DNA from: Mobula hypostoma
Lineage: Eukaryota
NCBI RefSeq assembly: GCF_963921235.1
Contig: NC_086097.1
Location: forward strand, 121,336,001 to 121,396,000
Reading direction: 5' to 3'
Length of the DNA stretch: 60,000 bases
Both the position numbers and the translations under genes were made by a program. Below, one piece after another: positions 34,590-48,150 of the stretch (the stretch's first letter is position 1; each line of letters starts with the position of its first letter). The notes below the pieces were generated by a model. The model worked only from the letters and a program-made list of their open reading frames with translations, did no database searches and had not been told where the DNA came from.

Positions 34590-37500
34590 GAAAAAGCGGA
34601 AATGTCTTGCTACATTCTATGGAATTAAGGGAAACAAGTAGTCTATGGAATTAAGGGAAACAAGTAGTGAGATCATGGAAACTGTACAGATTGAGAAGGA
34701 GGAGGTCCTTGCTGTCTTGAGGAAAATTAAAGTGGATAAATCCCCGGGACCTGACAGGGTGTTCCCTCGGACCTTGAAGGAAACTAGTGTTGAAATTGCG
34801 GGGGTCCTGGCTGAAATATTTAAAATGTCGCTGTCTACAGGTGAGGTGCCAGAGGATTGGAGAGTGGCTCATGTTGTTCCGTTGTTTAAAAAAGGATCGA
34901 AAAGTTATAGGCCAGTAAGTTTAACGTCGGTAGTAGGTAAGTTATTGGAGGGAGTACTAAGACACAGAATCTACAAGCTTTTGGATAGACTGGGACTTAT
35001 TAGGGAGAGTCAACATGGCTTTGTGCGTGGTAGGTCATGTTTGACCAATCTATTGGAGTTTTTGAAGGAGGTTACCAGGAAAGTGGATGAAGGGAAGGCA
35101 GTGGATATTGTCTACATGGACTTCAGTAAGGCCTTTGACAAGGTCCCGCATGGGAGGTTAGTTAGGAAAATTCAGTCACTAGGTATACATGGAGAGGTGG
35201 TAAATTGGATTAGACATTGGTTCGATGGAAGAAGCCAGAGAGTGGTGGTAGAGAATTGCTTCTCTGAGTGGAGGCCTGTGACTAATGGTGTGCCACAGGG
35301 ATCAGTGCTGGGTCCATTGTTATTTGTCATCTATATCAATGATCTAGATGATAATGTGGTAGATTGGATCAGCAAGTTTGCTGATGATACAAAGATTGGA
35401 GGTGTAGTAGACAGTGAGGAAGATTTTCAGAGCCTGCAGAGGGACTTGGACCAGCTGGAAAAATGGGCTAAAAAATGGCAGATGGAGTTTAATACTGACA
35501 AGTGTGAGGTATTGCACATTGGAAGGACAAACCAACGTAGAACATATAGAGTTAATGGTAAGGCACTGAGGAGTGCAGTGGAACAGAGGGATCTGGGAAT
35601 ACAAGTACAAAATTCCCTAAAAGTGGCGTCACAGGTAGATAGGGTCGTAAAGAGAGCTTTTGGTACATTGGCCTTTATTAATCAAAGTATTGAGTATAAG
35701 AGCTGGAATGTTATGATGAGGTTGTATAAGGCATTGGTGAGGCTGAATCTGGAGTATTGTATTCAGTTTTGGTCACCAAATTACAGGAAGGATATAAATA
35801 AGGTTGAAAGAGTGCAGAGAAGCTTTACAAGGATGTTGCCAGGACTTGAGAAACTCAGTTACAGAGAAAGGTTGAATAGGTTGGGACTTTATTCCTTGGA
35901 GCATAGGAGAATGAGGGGAGATTTGATAGAGGTATATAAAATTATGATGGGTATAGATAGAGTGAATGCAAGCAGGCTTTTTCCACTGAGGCAAGGGGAG
36001 AAAAAAACCAGAGGACATGGGTTTAGGGTGAGGGGGGAAAGTTTAAAGGGAACATTGGGGGGGCTTCTTCACACAGAGAGTGGTGGAAGTATGGAATGAG
36101 CTGCCAGACGAGGTGGTAAATGCGGGTTCTCTTTTAACATTTAAGAATAAATTGGACAGATACATGGATGGGAGGTGTATGGAGGGATATGGTCCAGGTG
36201 CAGGTCAGTGGGACTAGGCAGAAAATGGTTCGGCACAGCCAAGAAGGGCCAAAAGGCCTGTTTCTGTGCTGTAGTTTCTATGGTTTCTATGGTTTCATTG
36301 GAAAGATAGGCACATTCAATTGCATGGTAGATAACTGGGAGATATATACGGAACAAATTGAGCAGTATTTTAAAGCAAATGGAATAGCCAATGAGAAATG
36401 TGTGCCAATTTTGCTGAGTGATTTGATGGAAGAACATATAGTGTTCTTAGAAGTCTGTCTACTCCAACGAAACCATCCGATCTGAGCTTTGCTGATATTG
36501 TGAAAGTAATGCAAATACATTTCAAAATGCAATAATTGTTGATTGTAGAATGCTTTAGGTTTCATACATGGAATCAAAAGGAAGGGCAGTCCATTTTAGC
36601 ATATGTGGCTGAAATGATGAAATTATCTGAGCACTGTCAGTTCAGTGATGGACTTAATGATGCATTGAGAGGTCGATTAGTTCGTGGAATCTTACATGAA
36701 ACTATTCAAAATTGCTCCTAACTAAAGCACAAGAGCATTTAAAAGAGCAGTTAAAGCATTTGTATCAATGGAAACAGCAGAGAGAGATGCATTTGAGTGG
36801 CAGTCAGGAATGAAAGTGAGCATGATCAAAATTGCAATGTCCAAACAAAAACTTACCTGGCTAAACAAATTGTGTTACTGTTGTGGCATGGGCTCTAATA
36901 AACAAGACTAATGAAGATTTAAAGGTGAAACTTGCAGGAAATGCAAGAAAGTAGGACATATAGAAAGAATATGTTGGGGAGACAAAAATAAATGAACTGG
37001 ACTGCGAAGAAAATAAAGTCACGCTGCAGTCTCAAACAGAGCACTAATCAGCAAGCCGTTGATGAAAAAAATCTAATAATGATAGAGTAACTCAGGACTG
37101 AGTAGCCTTGAGATTTACATTGTGAAAAAATAACAAGAACCAAGTAATAAGGCTTATACAAGAGTGAATAGCAAATTAATTGAAATTGAATTGGACATTG
37201 GCTCGGCTGCTTCAGTTATTACAGAAAATAAGTTTGAATGGCATTTTAAAGATACCGAACTGAAGCCTGCAGATGTCCAACTATGAGTTTATACCAGAGA
37301 ATAGATAACTCCTGTTGGAATGACATTCGTAACAGTGAAATGAAATACAACAACCAACAAGCCACAGTGGGCTTGTATGGATAAAAACAGAAGAACCAGC
37401 ATTGTGGGGTTATGATTGGTTGAGACAACTACAAATTGATTGGACATCCAACCACCATTTGCATGCCGTATCCCCTGCATTGAGTCAACTGGAAGCAAAT

Positions 37501-38510
37501 TAAGAAAGGAACTGGATGGTGCCACAGCAGTGTTCAAAGATCACATTGGAAAATTCAAACATATAGTTTCAATGTTTTAAATGAAAATGCCACTCCAACT
37601 TTTACAAAGCCCATCCATGATAAAGTAGCCAATGAACTAGATCACATGGAGGCTGAAGGAATTCTTTCTCAGGTTGAGTAAAGCCCATGGGCAATGACAA
37701 TGGCCCCAGTAGCTAAGACGAATGGGTCTGTGAGAATTTGCTGTGATTTTAAGGTCATTGTCAACCCAGTACTGAAAGAAGATCAATACCCTCTGCCCAG
37801 GGTAGAGGATATCTTTGCAAATTCTTCTGGAGGAAAGCACTTCAGCAACATGGACTTAACCTAGCTACAGATGGAGATGGAAGTAGAGTCCAAAGAGTTT
37901 CTCATCATATACACTCACAAAGGGCTTTATCACTATTATAGGCTTATTTTTGGAGTAGCATTGGCATCTGTATTCCGGAAGAAAGCTATGGACCAGGTGC
38001 TATAAGGCTGTCCAGCTACACGGTGATACATAGATGACATCAATGTTACTGGTAAGGATGACAAGGAACATCTCCAAGTTCCCAAACAGTGTTAAAAAGT
38101 TTAGAAACTTATGGGCTCAGAGCATGACGCAACAACTGTGAATTCCTTAACCCAATCTCACGTACTGTGGCTACTCCATTGACACACAAGGATTACACAA
38201 GTGTACTGACAAAATTCAGGCATTGGTGCATGTTACAAGGCCAAAAGACATTTCTGTTGTGGTCCTTTATTGGATTTGTCAATTACTTTAACAGGTTCTT
38301 GCCAATCCTGGTTATGTGCTCCTCCTCTTGAACTCATTCCTACAAATCAGGACGAAATGTCAATGGACGAAACAATGTGAGATGACTGTCCAAAGGGTAA
38401 AGGAAATGGTGATGTCAGACACTGTACTCACATGTTATGATCCACATCATCCTGTGAAGCTTGCCTGTGACGCCTCGCCTTATGGTATAGGTGCAGTCAT
38501 GTCACATATA
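34590..38510 (+). mobile_element. Old Gypsy gag-pol relic, interrupted by a CR1 LINE just after the gag start codon
   Basis: M.CYI|GKIGTF..NWEIYTEQIEQYFKAN; ECFRFH..Q..GQS; LDIGSAASVI; SVRICCDFK; YPLPRVEDIF; LACDASPYGIGAV. Many stops. Confidence 0.85.
34617..36295 (+). mobile_element. 5'-truncated CR1 LINE with a long open RT frame (34645-36099)
   Basis: [45 protein letters not shown], (GTTTCTATG)n tail, candidate TSD CATT (34613-34616, 36296-36299). No endonuclease domain; frameshift near the C-terminus. Confidence 0.93.
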
Positions 38511-39090
38511 AAAAGTTTTTTTCAGATGTAAAAAAAGAGTGAAAGAAAGGTGAGAGGAAATATTGGACCACTGGAAAATGATATTGGAGAAATAATAATT
38601 GGGGACAAGGAAATGCAATGAACTGAATAAGTATTTGCCATCTGTCTTCACTATGGAAGACACTAGTAATACACTGGAGGTTTGACAGTGTCACGGAGCA
38701 GAAGTGAGTGCTTTTGCTATTATTAGGGATATGATGCTTGGGAATCTGAAAGGTCTGAAAGTAGATAAGTCACCTGGAGCTGATGGACTACACCCAAGGG
38801 TTCTAAAAGTGGTAGCTGAAAAGACTGTGGAGGCATTAGTAATGCTCTTTCAAGAACCAATAGAGTCTGGCATGGTTCCCGGGGACTGGAAAATTGCAAA
38901 TGTTACTCCACTCTTCAAGAAGGAAGGGAGGCAGAAGAAAGGAAATTATAGGTCAGTTAGCCTGATGTCAGTGGTCAGGAAGATGTTGGAGGTGATTGTT
39001 AAGGATGTGGTTTTGGGGTACTTGGAGGCTCATGACAAAATAGGTCATGGTCAACATGGTTTCCTTAAGGGAAAATCTTACCTGCCAAAT
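38510..39090 (+). mobile_element. CR1 ORF2 internal fragment
   Basis: KSPGADGLHPRVLK...DWKIANVTPLFKK...NYRSVSL...QHGF. Confidence 0.85.
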
Positions 39091-39275
39091 CTTACCCCAT
39101 CCATTTGGCTTCATCTATCACCTTCCAGCTTGTCCTCCGTCCCTTCCCCCACCTTCATATTCTTTAATCTTCCCCCGTCCTTTCCAGTCCTGATGAAGAA
39201 CCTGGGTGTGAAATATCGACAGTTTATTCATTTCCATAGATGCTGCCTGAGCTGCTGAGTTCCTCCAGCAATTTG
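39090..39275 (+). mobile_element. PLE terminal fragment
   Basis: Pyrimidine-rich tract, CAGTCCTGATGA...GAAATATCGAC and gctgagttcctccagc. Confidence 0.7.
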
Positions 39276-39643
39276 TCTCCATTACTTAAAGGCAAATTTT
39301 AGGGATTTCGGCATCATTGCCAAGATCAGCATTTAACGTCCATTTGTAACTGCCGTTGTGAAGATGCTGGTGAGGCATGGCTTGAACTGCTGCAATACTT
39401 AGAGTCAGAGACACGTGCAATGTGGAAACGGGCCACTCAGAATCAGCATCAGGTTTATTATCACCAACATACGTCATGAAACTCGGCGTTTTTATGCAGC
39501 ATACCATGCAATACATAAAATATACTATAATTAAAACTCAAGATTTAAGATCCAAGATTGTTTAATATCATTTTCAGTACACAAGTGTACAGGAGAATGA
39601 AATACTTGTTATTCCAGTTTCAATGCAGCAACATAAATAAATA

Positions 39644-39686
39644 CACACACACACACGCACACACACACATATATATATATATATAA
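39644..39686. repeat. (CA)n(TA)n microsatellite
   Basis: Directly visible compound dinucleotide repeat. Confidence 0.9.
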
Positions 39687-39689
39687 ACA

Positions 39690-40250
39690 GTACAATATAT
39701 AGAGTATGTCCTAGCCACATTAGCACCCCCAAAATCATCTCACGTTTATTTGGATTAAATTTTATCTGCAGTTGCTCAGCCCATTTCAGCAACACATCAC
39801 TCTGTAGCCTAGGACTATCCATACTATCTATGACTTCACTAAACTTTGTGTTAACTGCAAACTTACTTATCATGCCTCTGACATCTGAATCATTCATATA
39901 TATCGCAAGCAGCAATGGTCCAGACACTGATGCGTGGGGAACACCATTAGTAACAGACATGAAATTGCTAAAACAATCCTCTTCTTTCACCACCAGTCTC
40001 CCATTTTGGGTCCAGTTTGCCAAATTGCCTGAATCCCATGGGCTCGAAGCTGTGGGCCAGTCCACCATGTGGAACCTTGTCAAAGACCTTTCTTGTCCAT
40101 GTAAATCACATCTTCTGCTCTGTCCTCATTAATACACGTGGTTACCTCTTCAAAATATTCAATATGGGTTGGTCAGGCAGTATCTTTCCTTTTCAAAGTC
40201 ATGTTGGCTGATGGAGACTCTGTTTTTCAAAGTGATCAATAATCCTGTCC
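39690..40250 (-). mobile_element. Degraded CR1 RT fragment
   Basis: ORF 39574-40083 VTNGVPHASVSGPLLLAIYMND...ISKFA. Confidence 0.75.
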
Positions 40251-40559
40251 TTTGACATTTTTTTAAAGATTAAAGATGAGCTTTGTCACATGTACATTAA
40301 AACATCAAAATATTCATAGATTGTGTCATTTCTGTCAAATCAAACCAGCAAGGATTGTGTGGGAGAAGCCTATGTGTGTTACCACACATTCAGCTTACTA
40401 ATCCTAACTCTATCTATACTTCTTTGAAATGTGGGATAAAACGGAGCACCCACAGGAAACTCGCGTAGTCATGGGAAGCTCCTTACAGAAAGCGGTGGGA
40501 ATCGAACCCCAATCAGCGATTGCCAGTGCTGTAAAGTGAATGCTCTGACCGTTCTGCCA

Positions 40560-41378
40560 CCATTCAGCCTATTTTCACCAATAGGTTCCCTATTTCTGTG
40601 GGGATTGCTCCCTCCATGATTCCCTCATCCATTTGTCCCTCCCCACTGATCTCCCTCCCAGCACTTAACCCCACAAACAGCCTAAGGGCTACACCTGCCC
40701 ATCCACCTCCTTCCTCGCCTCCACTCAGGGCCCTAAATAGTCCTTCCTGGTGAGAAACTTCACGTGTGAATCTGCGGGGGTTATTAATTATGCCTGGTGC
40801 TTCCAGTGCGGCCTCCACTACACTGGTGAGACCTGTTGTAAGTTGGGGGACCACTTTGTCCAGCACCTCTGCTCCATCTGTCATCTTAATTCCAATTCCC
40901 ATTCCCATTCCAACACGTCAATCCATGGCCTCCTCTTGTGCCTAGATGAGGCCACCCTCAGGGTGGAGGAGCAATCCCTTATATTCCATGTTGGTAGCCT
41001 CCAACCTGATGGCACGAGAGCCAATTTCACTTTCCTGTGAAAAGTATATTACCTACCCCTCCCCACTTCTATTCCGCACTCTGGCATCTTACCTCTTCTC
41101 ACCTGCCCATCATCTTCCCCCGAGTCCCCTTTTCTTTTCCTTTCTCCACTCTCCTCCCCTATCAGATTGCATCTTCTTCAGCCCTTTATCTTTCCCACCC
41201 ACCTGGCTTCACCTATCACCTTCTACCTATCCTCCTTCCCCTACCACCACCTTTTTATTCTGTTTTCTCCCTCCCTTTTCAGTCATGAAGAAAGGTCTCG
41301 CTCCCAAAACACCGACAGTATATTCATTTCCATAGTTGTCTGACCTGCTGAGTTCCTCCAGTATTTTGTGTGTGTTGT
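40560..41378 (+). mobile_element. PLE 3' portion (GIY-YIG + terminal repeat)
   Basis: ORF 40750-41040 FTCESAGVINYAWCFQCGLHYTGET, then a pyrimidine tract and a degenerate hammerhead/terminal motif. Confidence 0.8.
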
Positions 41379-43029
41379 TCCCTAATACTGATGATCGACA
41401 CAGAACTGTAATTATCAATCTTTTCCCTTCTTGTAAGTGGGGACAGCATTTACAGTCCTCCAGTCAACAGGAACCTCACTTGTGATAAACAAGAATTTAA
41501 AAATATCAATAGAAGCTCGTCTCTTTCCTTGCTTCCCATAACAGCCTAATAGGATAAATCCCATTTGGCCCTCAGAACTTACCCACCTTTAAGGTTCTCT
41601 TCCAACTTAAATGCTGCCATCAGGTAAAAGGTACAGATGCCTCAGGACCCACTCTACCAGGTTCAGGAACAATTACTACCCTTCAACCTGGCTGTTGAAC
41701 TAAAGGGGATTTGTTTCTGGTGTTTCCAAAATCGATGGTCTCACTTTAAGGACTATTTATCTTGTTATTACATCCTCTCATTATTTCTTGCTATTTATTT
41801 ATATATGCATTTGCACAGTTTGTGTTCATTGATCCTGTTTACTGTTACTGTTCAATAGACTTGCTGAGTATGCCTGCAGGAAAAAGAACCTCGGGGTTGT
41901 ATGTGGTGAAAGGTATGTACTCTGATAATCAATTTTACTTTCAACTTTGAAAATTTAAGGAACTCTGAGATAGGTACATAGATGATGGAGAAATGGAGGT
42001 CTATGTAGGAAGGAAGAGTCAGATTGAACTTGGAGTAGGTTAAAGGGTTGACCCAACATTGCGAACCAAAGGGCCTGTACTGTGCTGTTATCTTCTATGT
42101 TCTATATTCTTAAATATACTGCCATTCTGGATCTAATAATGGAGCTCCCAGCTCAGCAGCAATGTAGAGGTATCTCTCAGAAGAACTGCTGTGGTTCAAG
42201 AAGCAGTTCACCACTATCTTCCCAAGGTATTTATGGATTGAGCAAATATGTTGGCCTTGACAATGTCAGTCACATCTCCCAAAAGGAACACCAACAACAA
42301 GGACCCCAGTGCTGCAGCCTATATCAGATACTTGCAACTCAATAAGAAATAATATTTATTTATCCAATAGAGATACAGTGTGGAATAAGCCCTTCCTGCC
42401 CTTTGAGCCACACTGCCCAGCAACCTCCACAATCCCAATTTAACTCTAACCTAATCACAGGACAATTTACAATGACCAATTAACCTACCCAGTATGTCTT
42501 TAGACTGTTGGGTGAAAGTGAAGCACCCGGAGAAGACCCACACATTCCATGGGGGGAATGTACAGAGACTCCTTACAGAGTTTGTCAGAAATGAACTCTG
42601 AACTCTGACACCCTGAGCTGCAATAGTGTCGCACTAACTGCAACGCTACCCTGCAGTCCATCTAAGGTGGGAATTGAAACAAAGACAGATGTTGAAAAGT
42701 TGAAATTAAAACAAAAACTCCTGAAAATACTCAGCAGATCAGGCTGGTTCAGTGGAAGTACCAATAGAGAATAGAGTTAACACTTCAGATCAAGATCCTT
42801 CATCAGAACTGGGGAGGAGACAAAAGAAGCGTCTGTGTAAGTGTGTGGGTGTGAGGGTGTGCTTTGTTGTTCGTGTTTTGTTGTTTACTGTGTTCTATTT
42901 TGTTATTCCTGACAAAGGATGCTACATAATGAAGTATCAACTCTAATTATCAATTGATTTTACACAATCCTTCGCCCCATGACTTGCACCTTATGGTAAC
43001 AAAGCCACGAATTGTGGATGTTACTGCAA

Positions 43030-43555
43030 AGCCTTACCTAGTGTTTCCAACAGCTTCTGCCTTTATTAGCTTCAGACAACCAAGTCCAGCTCCTGGCCTT
43101 CACGTGTGGTTTAGCTACTAAACCTGGTGGAACCATTTCTACTGACAGGAGAAGGGGCAAACACGGGTTACTGGTGCCTTAAAAACCAGTCACTTCGGGC
43201 AGATGGGGCTCATCAGCTGTGGTTGGCAGCTCATCTGTGAGAAGGAAAACTCTGATCTCAAACCTCTGCTATTTTGCAGCTATAACCACTCATGGGGAAG
43301 GCTTCGGGAGTGAACTCCGAGAGAAGAATCTGGAGCTGGAGTCCCTAAGGCAGTCCTACGCCGAGTTCAATGTGAATAACAACTCCTGCAGAGCTGCTGG
43401 TACCAAAGGTCTCTGCCATTCCTTTGAGTTCATCAGCTGCGTGGAGAGGGGGAGCTTGCTACATGGGCAACAGCTTGCTCTCCATGGTCGTACTGCCCAG
43501 GCTTGCAAATCTAGACAGCTGGGATGCAACCTCCAAGGTTCACCCTAACCAATAG
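43030..43555 (+). mobile_element. RTE-clade-like non-autonomous element or 5' UTR
   Basis: GAGAAGGAAAACTCTGATCTCAAACC motif reminiscent of RTE 5' UTRs. Shares a ~65-bp block with the SINE at 45797. Confidence 0.5.
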
Positions 43556-45796
43556 AGGTCTCACTCACTCACTGTCTTTATTTTACATTTAAGCTTCCAA
43601 ACTCTTCTCCGTACTCCAGCTTCTGCCTTCGCTGTGGCAGGTTCAGCTTTATTGTCTCTTGCCGTCTTTTTGGTTTCTTGTTGGGTTTTAATCAATACCA
43701 ATCCTAACTCTGGCCTCCTTTCATTTAAGGGTTCTCTTTATAGTGTTTGTCCTACATCAATACAAACAAGTACTGTATAAATATACTGAAGTATCAAAAT
43801 GCATTTACTGAAGATCGCATTGTCTGTTCTTACCATTGGGCAGGAGATACAGGAGCCTTAGGTCCCACATTACCTGGTTCAGAAACAGTTATTACACTTC
43901 AATCATCAGACTCCAGAACTACTCTCTCCAACTCTGAACTGATTCCACTAACTCCAGACTCGTTGTCAAGGACTTTACAACTCATATTCTCAGTATTAGT
44001 TTTTGTTATTATTTGCACAATTTGTCTTCTTTTTCACATCGATTGTTTGTCTGTCTTTGTTTATTGTATATTTTTTCATGAATTCTATAGCGTTCCTCTA
44101 TTTTCCTGTAAATGCCTGCAAGAAAATGAATGTCAAGGTAGTATAGGGTGTCATAGTTGTACTGTCATGATAATTATACTTTGATTTTAAAGTCAATGGA
44201 TAACTAACAGGTTGTAAGATGATTTATGGGAATGAGGGCATGAATGTTAACTAGGACATTGGTAATGATTGACATTTCTGTTGGATTTTGCAATTATTCC
44301 TGATCTGCAGGAAAATGATTGATTTAAATATTTCATGTACTCATGGATAATTTACTGACACATTTTTCATCATGAACAAAAATGCATATTTACTAGGGGA
44401 ATAGTGCCTTAGGAATCATTATGGTGTAGGTAATCTTGAGATCCCATATATGCAGCTCCTTTGAGTTTTAATTTTAAAAACACTTCTTTATTTGTGGGTC
44501 TTGCCTTACTGTACCTTCAGAGAGACTTTATCCCTGGACAGAAATGGCTAACACAAGGGGACATAATTTTAGGATGATTGGAGTAAACTTCAGGAAGATA
44601 TGTTAGGGTTAGTTTTTTTTACGCAGAGTGGTGAGTGTGTGGAACACCCTTCCAGTGCTGGTAATAGAGACTGATACATTAGGGACATTTAGAATCTCTT
44701 AGGTAAGCACAAGGATGATAGAAAAAGTGGAGGGCTATGAAGAAGGGAAGGATTAAGTTGATCTAAGTGCAGGGTAAAATGTTGGCACAACATTGAAGGG
44801 GCTGTACAGTGCTGTAATGTTCAATATTCTATGTTTTATTTTGAGGAGTGGTGGGGCATGTGGTGGTGTTAGGTTCAGTGAGAAAATCTTATCTTTCTTT
44901 GCATATCAGCTACTTTTCAAACCAGGGAAGCATAATACCTCTCCCTTGTTCTGTTTAATTGTCTCTATATTTGCCATGTAAGGAATGGTGAAGATTCTAC
45001 CCCTGACAAGAATCAGGAAAATCACAGCATTGATAGAATCCATACTTTATCTGGAGCTCTATTTCTGCTATTTGCACAAGAGTTATGAGGAAAATAAATT
45101 TGCAACCATTGATCTTTCAGCCTCGATGTTGTCAGCCTACAGCAACAATACAAAGTGACCTAGAAGCTGGCATTCATCATGATAAAAAATGAATTCAAAG
45201 GCAATGCAGCTAAAAACACAATTATACATACATCTTCACAAGGTTCCAGAAATTCTATTTTGAATCTCATTTGGTTTAAAAGAAAATGCCTCATATCTTA
45301 CCTTACACTCAAGGAATTAAAACTTTATAATGACAGACCATGGTGCTTTAACAAACACTTCACAAAATTACAAAAAAGGCTGCCCAACTCAATTCATGGG
45401 CTGGAGTTGAAGTGCATGATTGCTACTTCCAACTGACACAACTGTGTGCCACATCCGATGTAATGTCTGAGCCTTACAAGCATAATACTGACATGTACAA
45501 TTAGCCAAATACATTGTTTAATGTTCAAAAAAAAGATGTAATGAATGAACACACGAAGAGGAGTAAAGTGCTACAAAATCAAAATCAAAATAAATTTATT
45601 ATCAAAGTGTATATGTCACTATATACTACCTTGAGATTCATTTTCTTGCAGGCATTTATGGGAAAATAGAGAAATACTGTAGATTGATAAACAATCAACG
45701 TGCAAAAGAAGACAAATTGTACAAATATATGAATAAAAAGGTAGATAAATCAATCAATCAATAAATACTGAAAACATGAGTCATAAAGTCCTTGAA

Positions 45797-46109
45797 TGTG
45801 GGCACGTGGCCAAGTGGTTAAGGCATTGGACTAGTGACCTGAAGGTCGTGAGTTCGAGCCCCAGCCGAGGCAACGTGTTGTGTCTTTGAGCAAGGCACTT
45901 AATCACACATTGCTCTGCGATGACACTGGTGCCAAGCTGTATGGGTCCTAATGCCCTTCCCTTGGACAACATTGGTGTCATGGAGAGGGGAGACTTGGAG
46001 CATGGGCAACTGCTGGTCTTCCATACAACCTTGCCCAGGCTTGCGCTCTGGAGAGTGAAGACTTTCCAGGCGCAGATCCATGGTCTCGCAAGACTGACGG
46101 ATGCCTTTA
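45797..46109 (+). mobile_element. Young tRNA-headed SINE
   Basis: A box TGGCCAAGTGG, B box GTTCGAGCC, CORE-like TTGAGCAAGGCACTTAA. TSD AAA(G/A)TCCTTGAA (45785-45796, 46110-46121). Inserted in a Rex1-type 3' end. Confidence 0.85.
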
Positions 46110-46315
46110 AAAATCCTTGAAAATGAGTCTGCAGCTTATGAAATCAGCTCAGTGTTGAGGTGATTGAAGTTATCCACACTGGTTCAGGAGCCTGATGGTT
46201 TAAGGGTAATAACTATTCCTGAACCTAAGGCTCCTGTACCTCCTGCCTAATGAAGAATATAGTTTTGCTTTTCAATATAACAATCATCAATAAAGCAAGA
46301 TACAAAACAATATTT

Positions 46316-47190
46316 TTGAATTGAATTGAACTGGAATAATTTTATTACATACAACCTTCATACACATGAGGAGTAAAAATCTATACGATACATCTCCATT
46401 CAAATGTGCAATGTGCAATTATAGTAATTTATAATAAATATTATATACAACAGGATAGCCAGTATAACATAGAAATACAGTTGTGTCAGCATAAATTAAG
46501 TAGTCTGATGGCCTGGTGGAAGAAGCTATCCCGGAACCTGTTGGTCCTGGCTTTTATGCTGCGGTACCATTTCCCGGATGGCAGCAGCTGGAATAGATTG
46601 TGGTTGGGATGGCTTGGGTTCCCAATGATCCTTCAGGCCCTTTTTACACACCTATCTTTTCAAATGTTCTGAATAGTGGGAAGTTCACAACTACAGATGT
46701 GCTGGGCTGTCCGCACCACTCACTGCAGTGTCCTGCGATTGAGGGAAGTGCAGTTCCCATACCAGGCAGTGATGCAGCCAGTCAGGATGCTTTCAGTCAT
46801 GCCTCTATAGAAAGTTCTTCGAATTTGGGGAGCCGTACCAAACTTCTTCAACCGTCTGAGGTGGAAGAGGTGCTGTTGTGCCTTTTTTACTCCACAACCA
46901 GGAGGTATGGACCACATGAAATCTTTGGTGATGCTTATGCCAAGGAACTTAAAGCTGTTCACCCTCTCAACCCCAAATCAATTGATATCTATAGGAGTTA
47001 GCCTTTCTCCATTCCTCCTGTAGTCCACAACCAGCTCCTTCGTTTTTGTAATGTTGAGGGAGAGGTTGTTTTCTTGACACCACTGTGTCAGGGTGATGAC
47101 TTCCTCTCTGTAGTTTGAGATTAGGCCAATCAATATAGTGTTGTCAGCAAATTTAAATAGCAGATTGGAGCTGTGAGCTTTAAATTTATT
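46316..47190 (-). mobile_element. 5'-truncated Rex1/Babar LINE
   Basis: KFADNTILIGLIS..WCQENNLSLNITKTKELVVDYR; SFKFLGI..KKAQQHLFHLRRL..ESILTGCITAWYG; (TTCAA)n tail. Confidence 0.85.
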
Positions 47191-47459
47191 CATTTACTGG
47201 CAAAATTCAAATGTAATTATTTTATTGTGAGATTGATTCAATACATTTTCTAAGGTCTTAATGTGGAATTGATCTATGATGAAGGGAAGATCCCATGGTC
47301 TGCTGTAAAATAGAAGATGTTGGAAAATGATCTGTTGATTGACTTGGATGGCCTTCCTTGTTGTAGAGCTTACACTGGACAACAAAGATTTTGCTTCCTG
47401 AATACTTTTGGTTGTATCTTATGGAGTTGTGACTGCTGATCATGAAAATCATCATGAAA

Positions 47460-48150
47460 TTTCCCTATCACACACTATTTTCCTGAAATCTCCTATATTT
47501 GTTATTTCAATTCATAATTCTAGTCAGAATAACTAATGCCAAGATTAAGGAAGGCATTGTTGTTGGTCCACAAATCAAACAGGTCATCAATGATTGGCAA
47601 TTCAAAGAACTCCAAGTGGGACTGGAGAAAATCGTATGGAAGGTATTCAAAGATGTGGTTGAAAATTTTCTTGGCAACTACAGAGCACTAAATTACATTC
47701 AGCTGCTTGATAACATGCTTCAAATATACAAAACCATGAAGTGCAACATGTCACTAAAGATTTATTTTCTGCATTCCTGTTTTAGGCTTCTTCCTTGCAA
47801 ATCTTGATGATGTCAGTGAGCATGGGGAAAGGTTTCACCAGGACATTGCAGTCATGGAGAAAAGGTATCAGGGCATCTGGAATCCATCAGTGCTGGTTGA
47901 TTATTGTTGGACATTTAAAAGAGAAGCCTCAGGAACTGAGTACAAATGAAAATCATCAACAAAACAATTTTAGCTTAGTTGAACTATTACAAAGCATGAG
48001 CAATGTTATGCATTATGTTCAATAATAATTAATTTCTTATTTCTCCACATTCGCACATGGTACAAGTAGTCTGAAATTACATTTGTGTTCAGCTTCAAGC
48101 AGTCTATCATAAACAAAAAAATTCTGCAGAAACAACGCTTTCATTAATGG
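47460..48150 (+). mobile_element. DNA transposase C-terminal relic, Chapaev3-like (CMC group)
   Basis: AKIKEGIVVGPQI...FLGNYRA.NY...CNMSLKIYFLHS, then after a frameshift VSEHGERFHQDIAVMEKRYQG.W....VDYCWT. Confidence 0.7.

Noticed and set aside
34645..36099. Domesticated stand-alone reverse transcriptase gene
   Set aside because: It has a CR1 tail, 5' truncation, an in-frame deletion before YRPVSL and a C-terminal frameshift, consistent with a recent dead-on-arrival copy.
45797..45870. tRNA gene
   Set aside because: A and B boxes are present, but there is no convincing acceptor stem. It continues into a SINE body bounded by a TSD.
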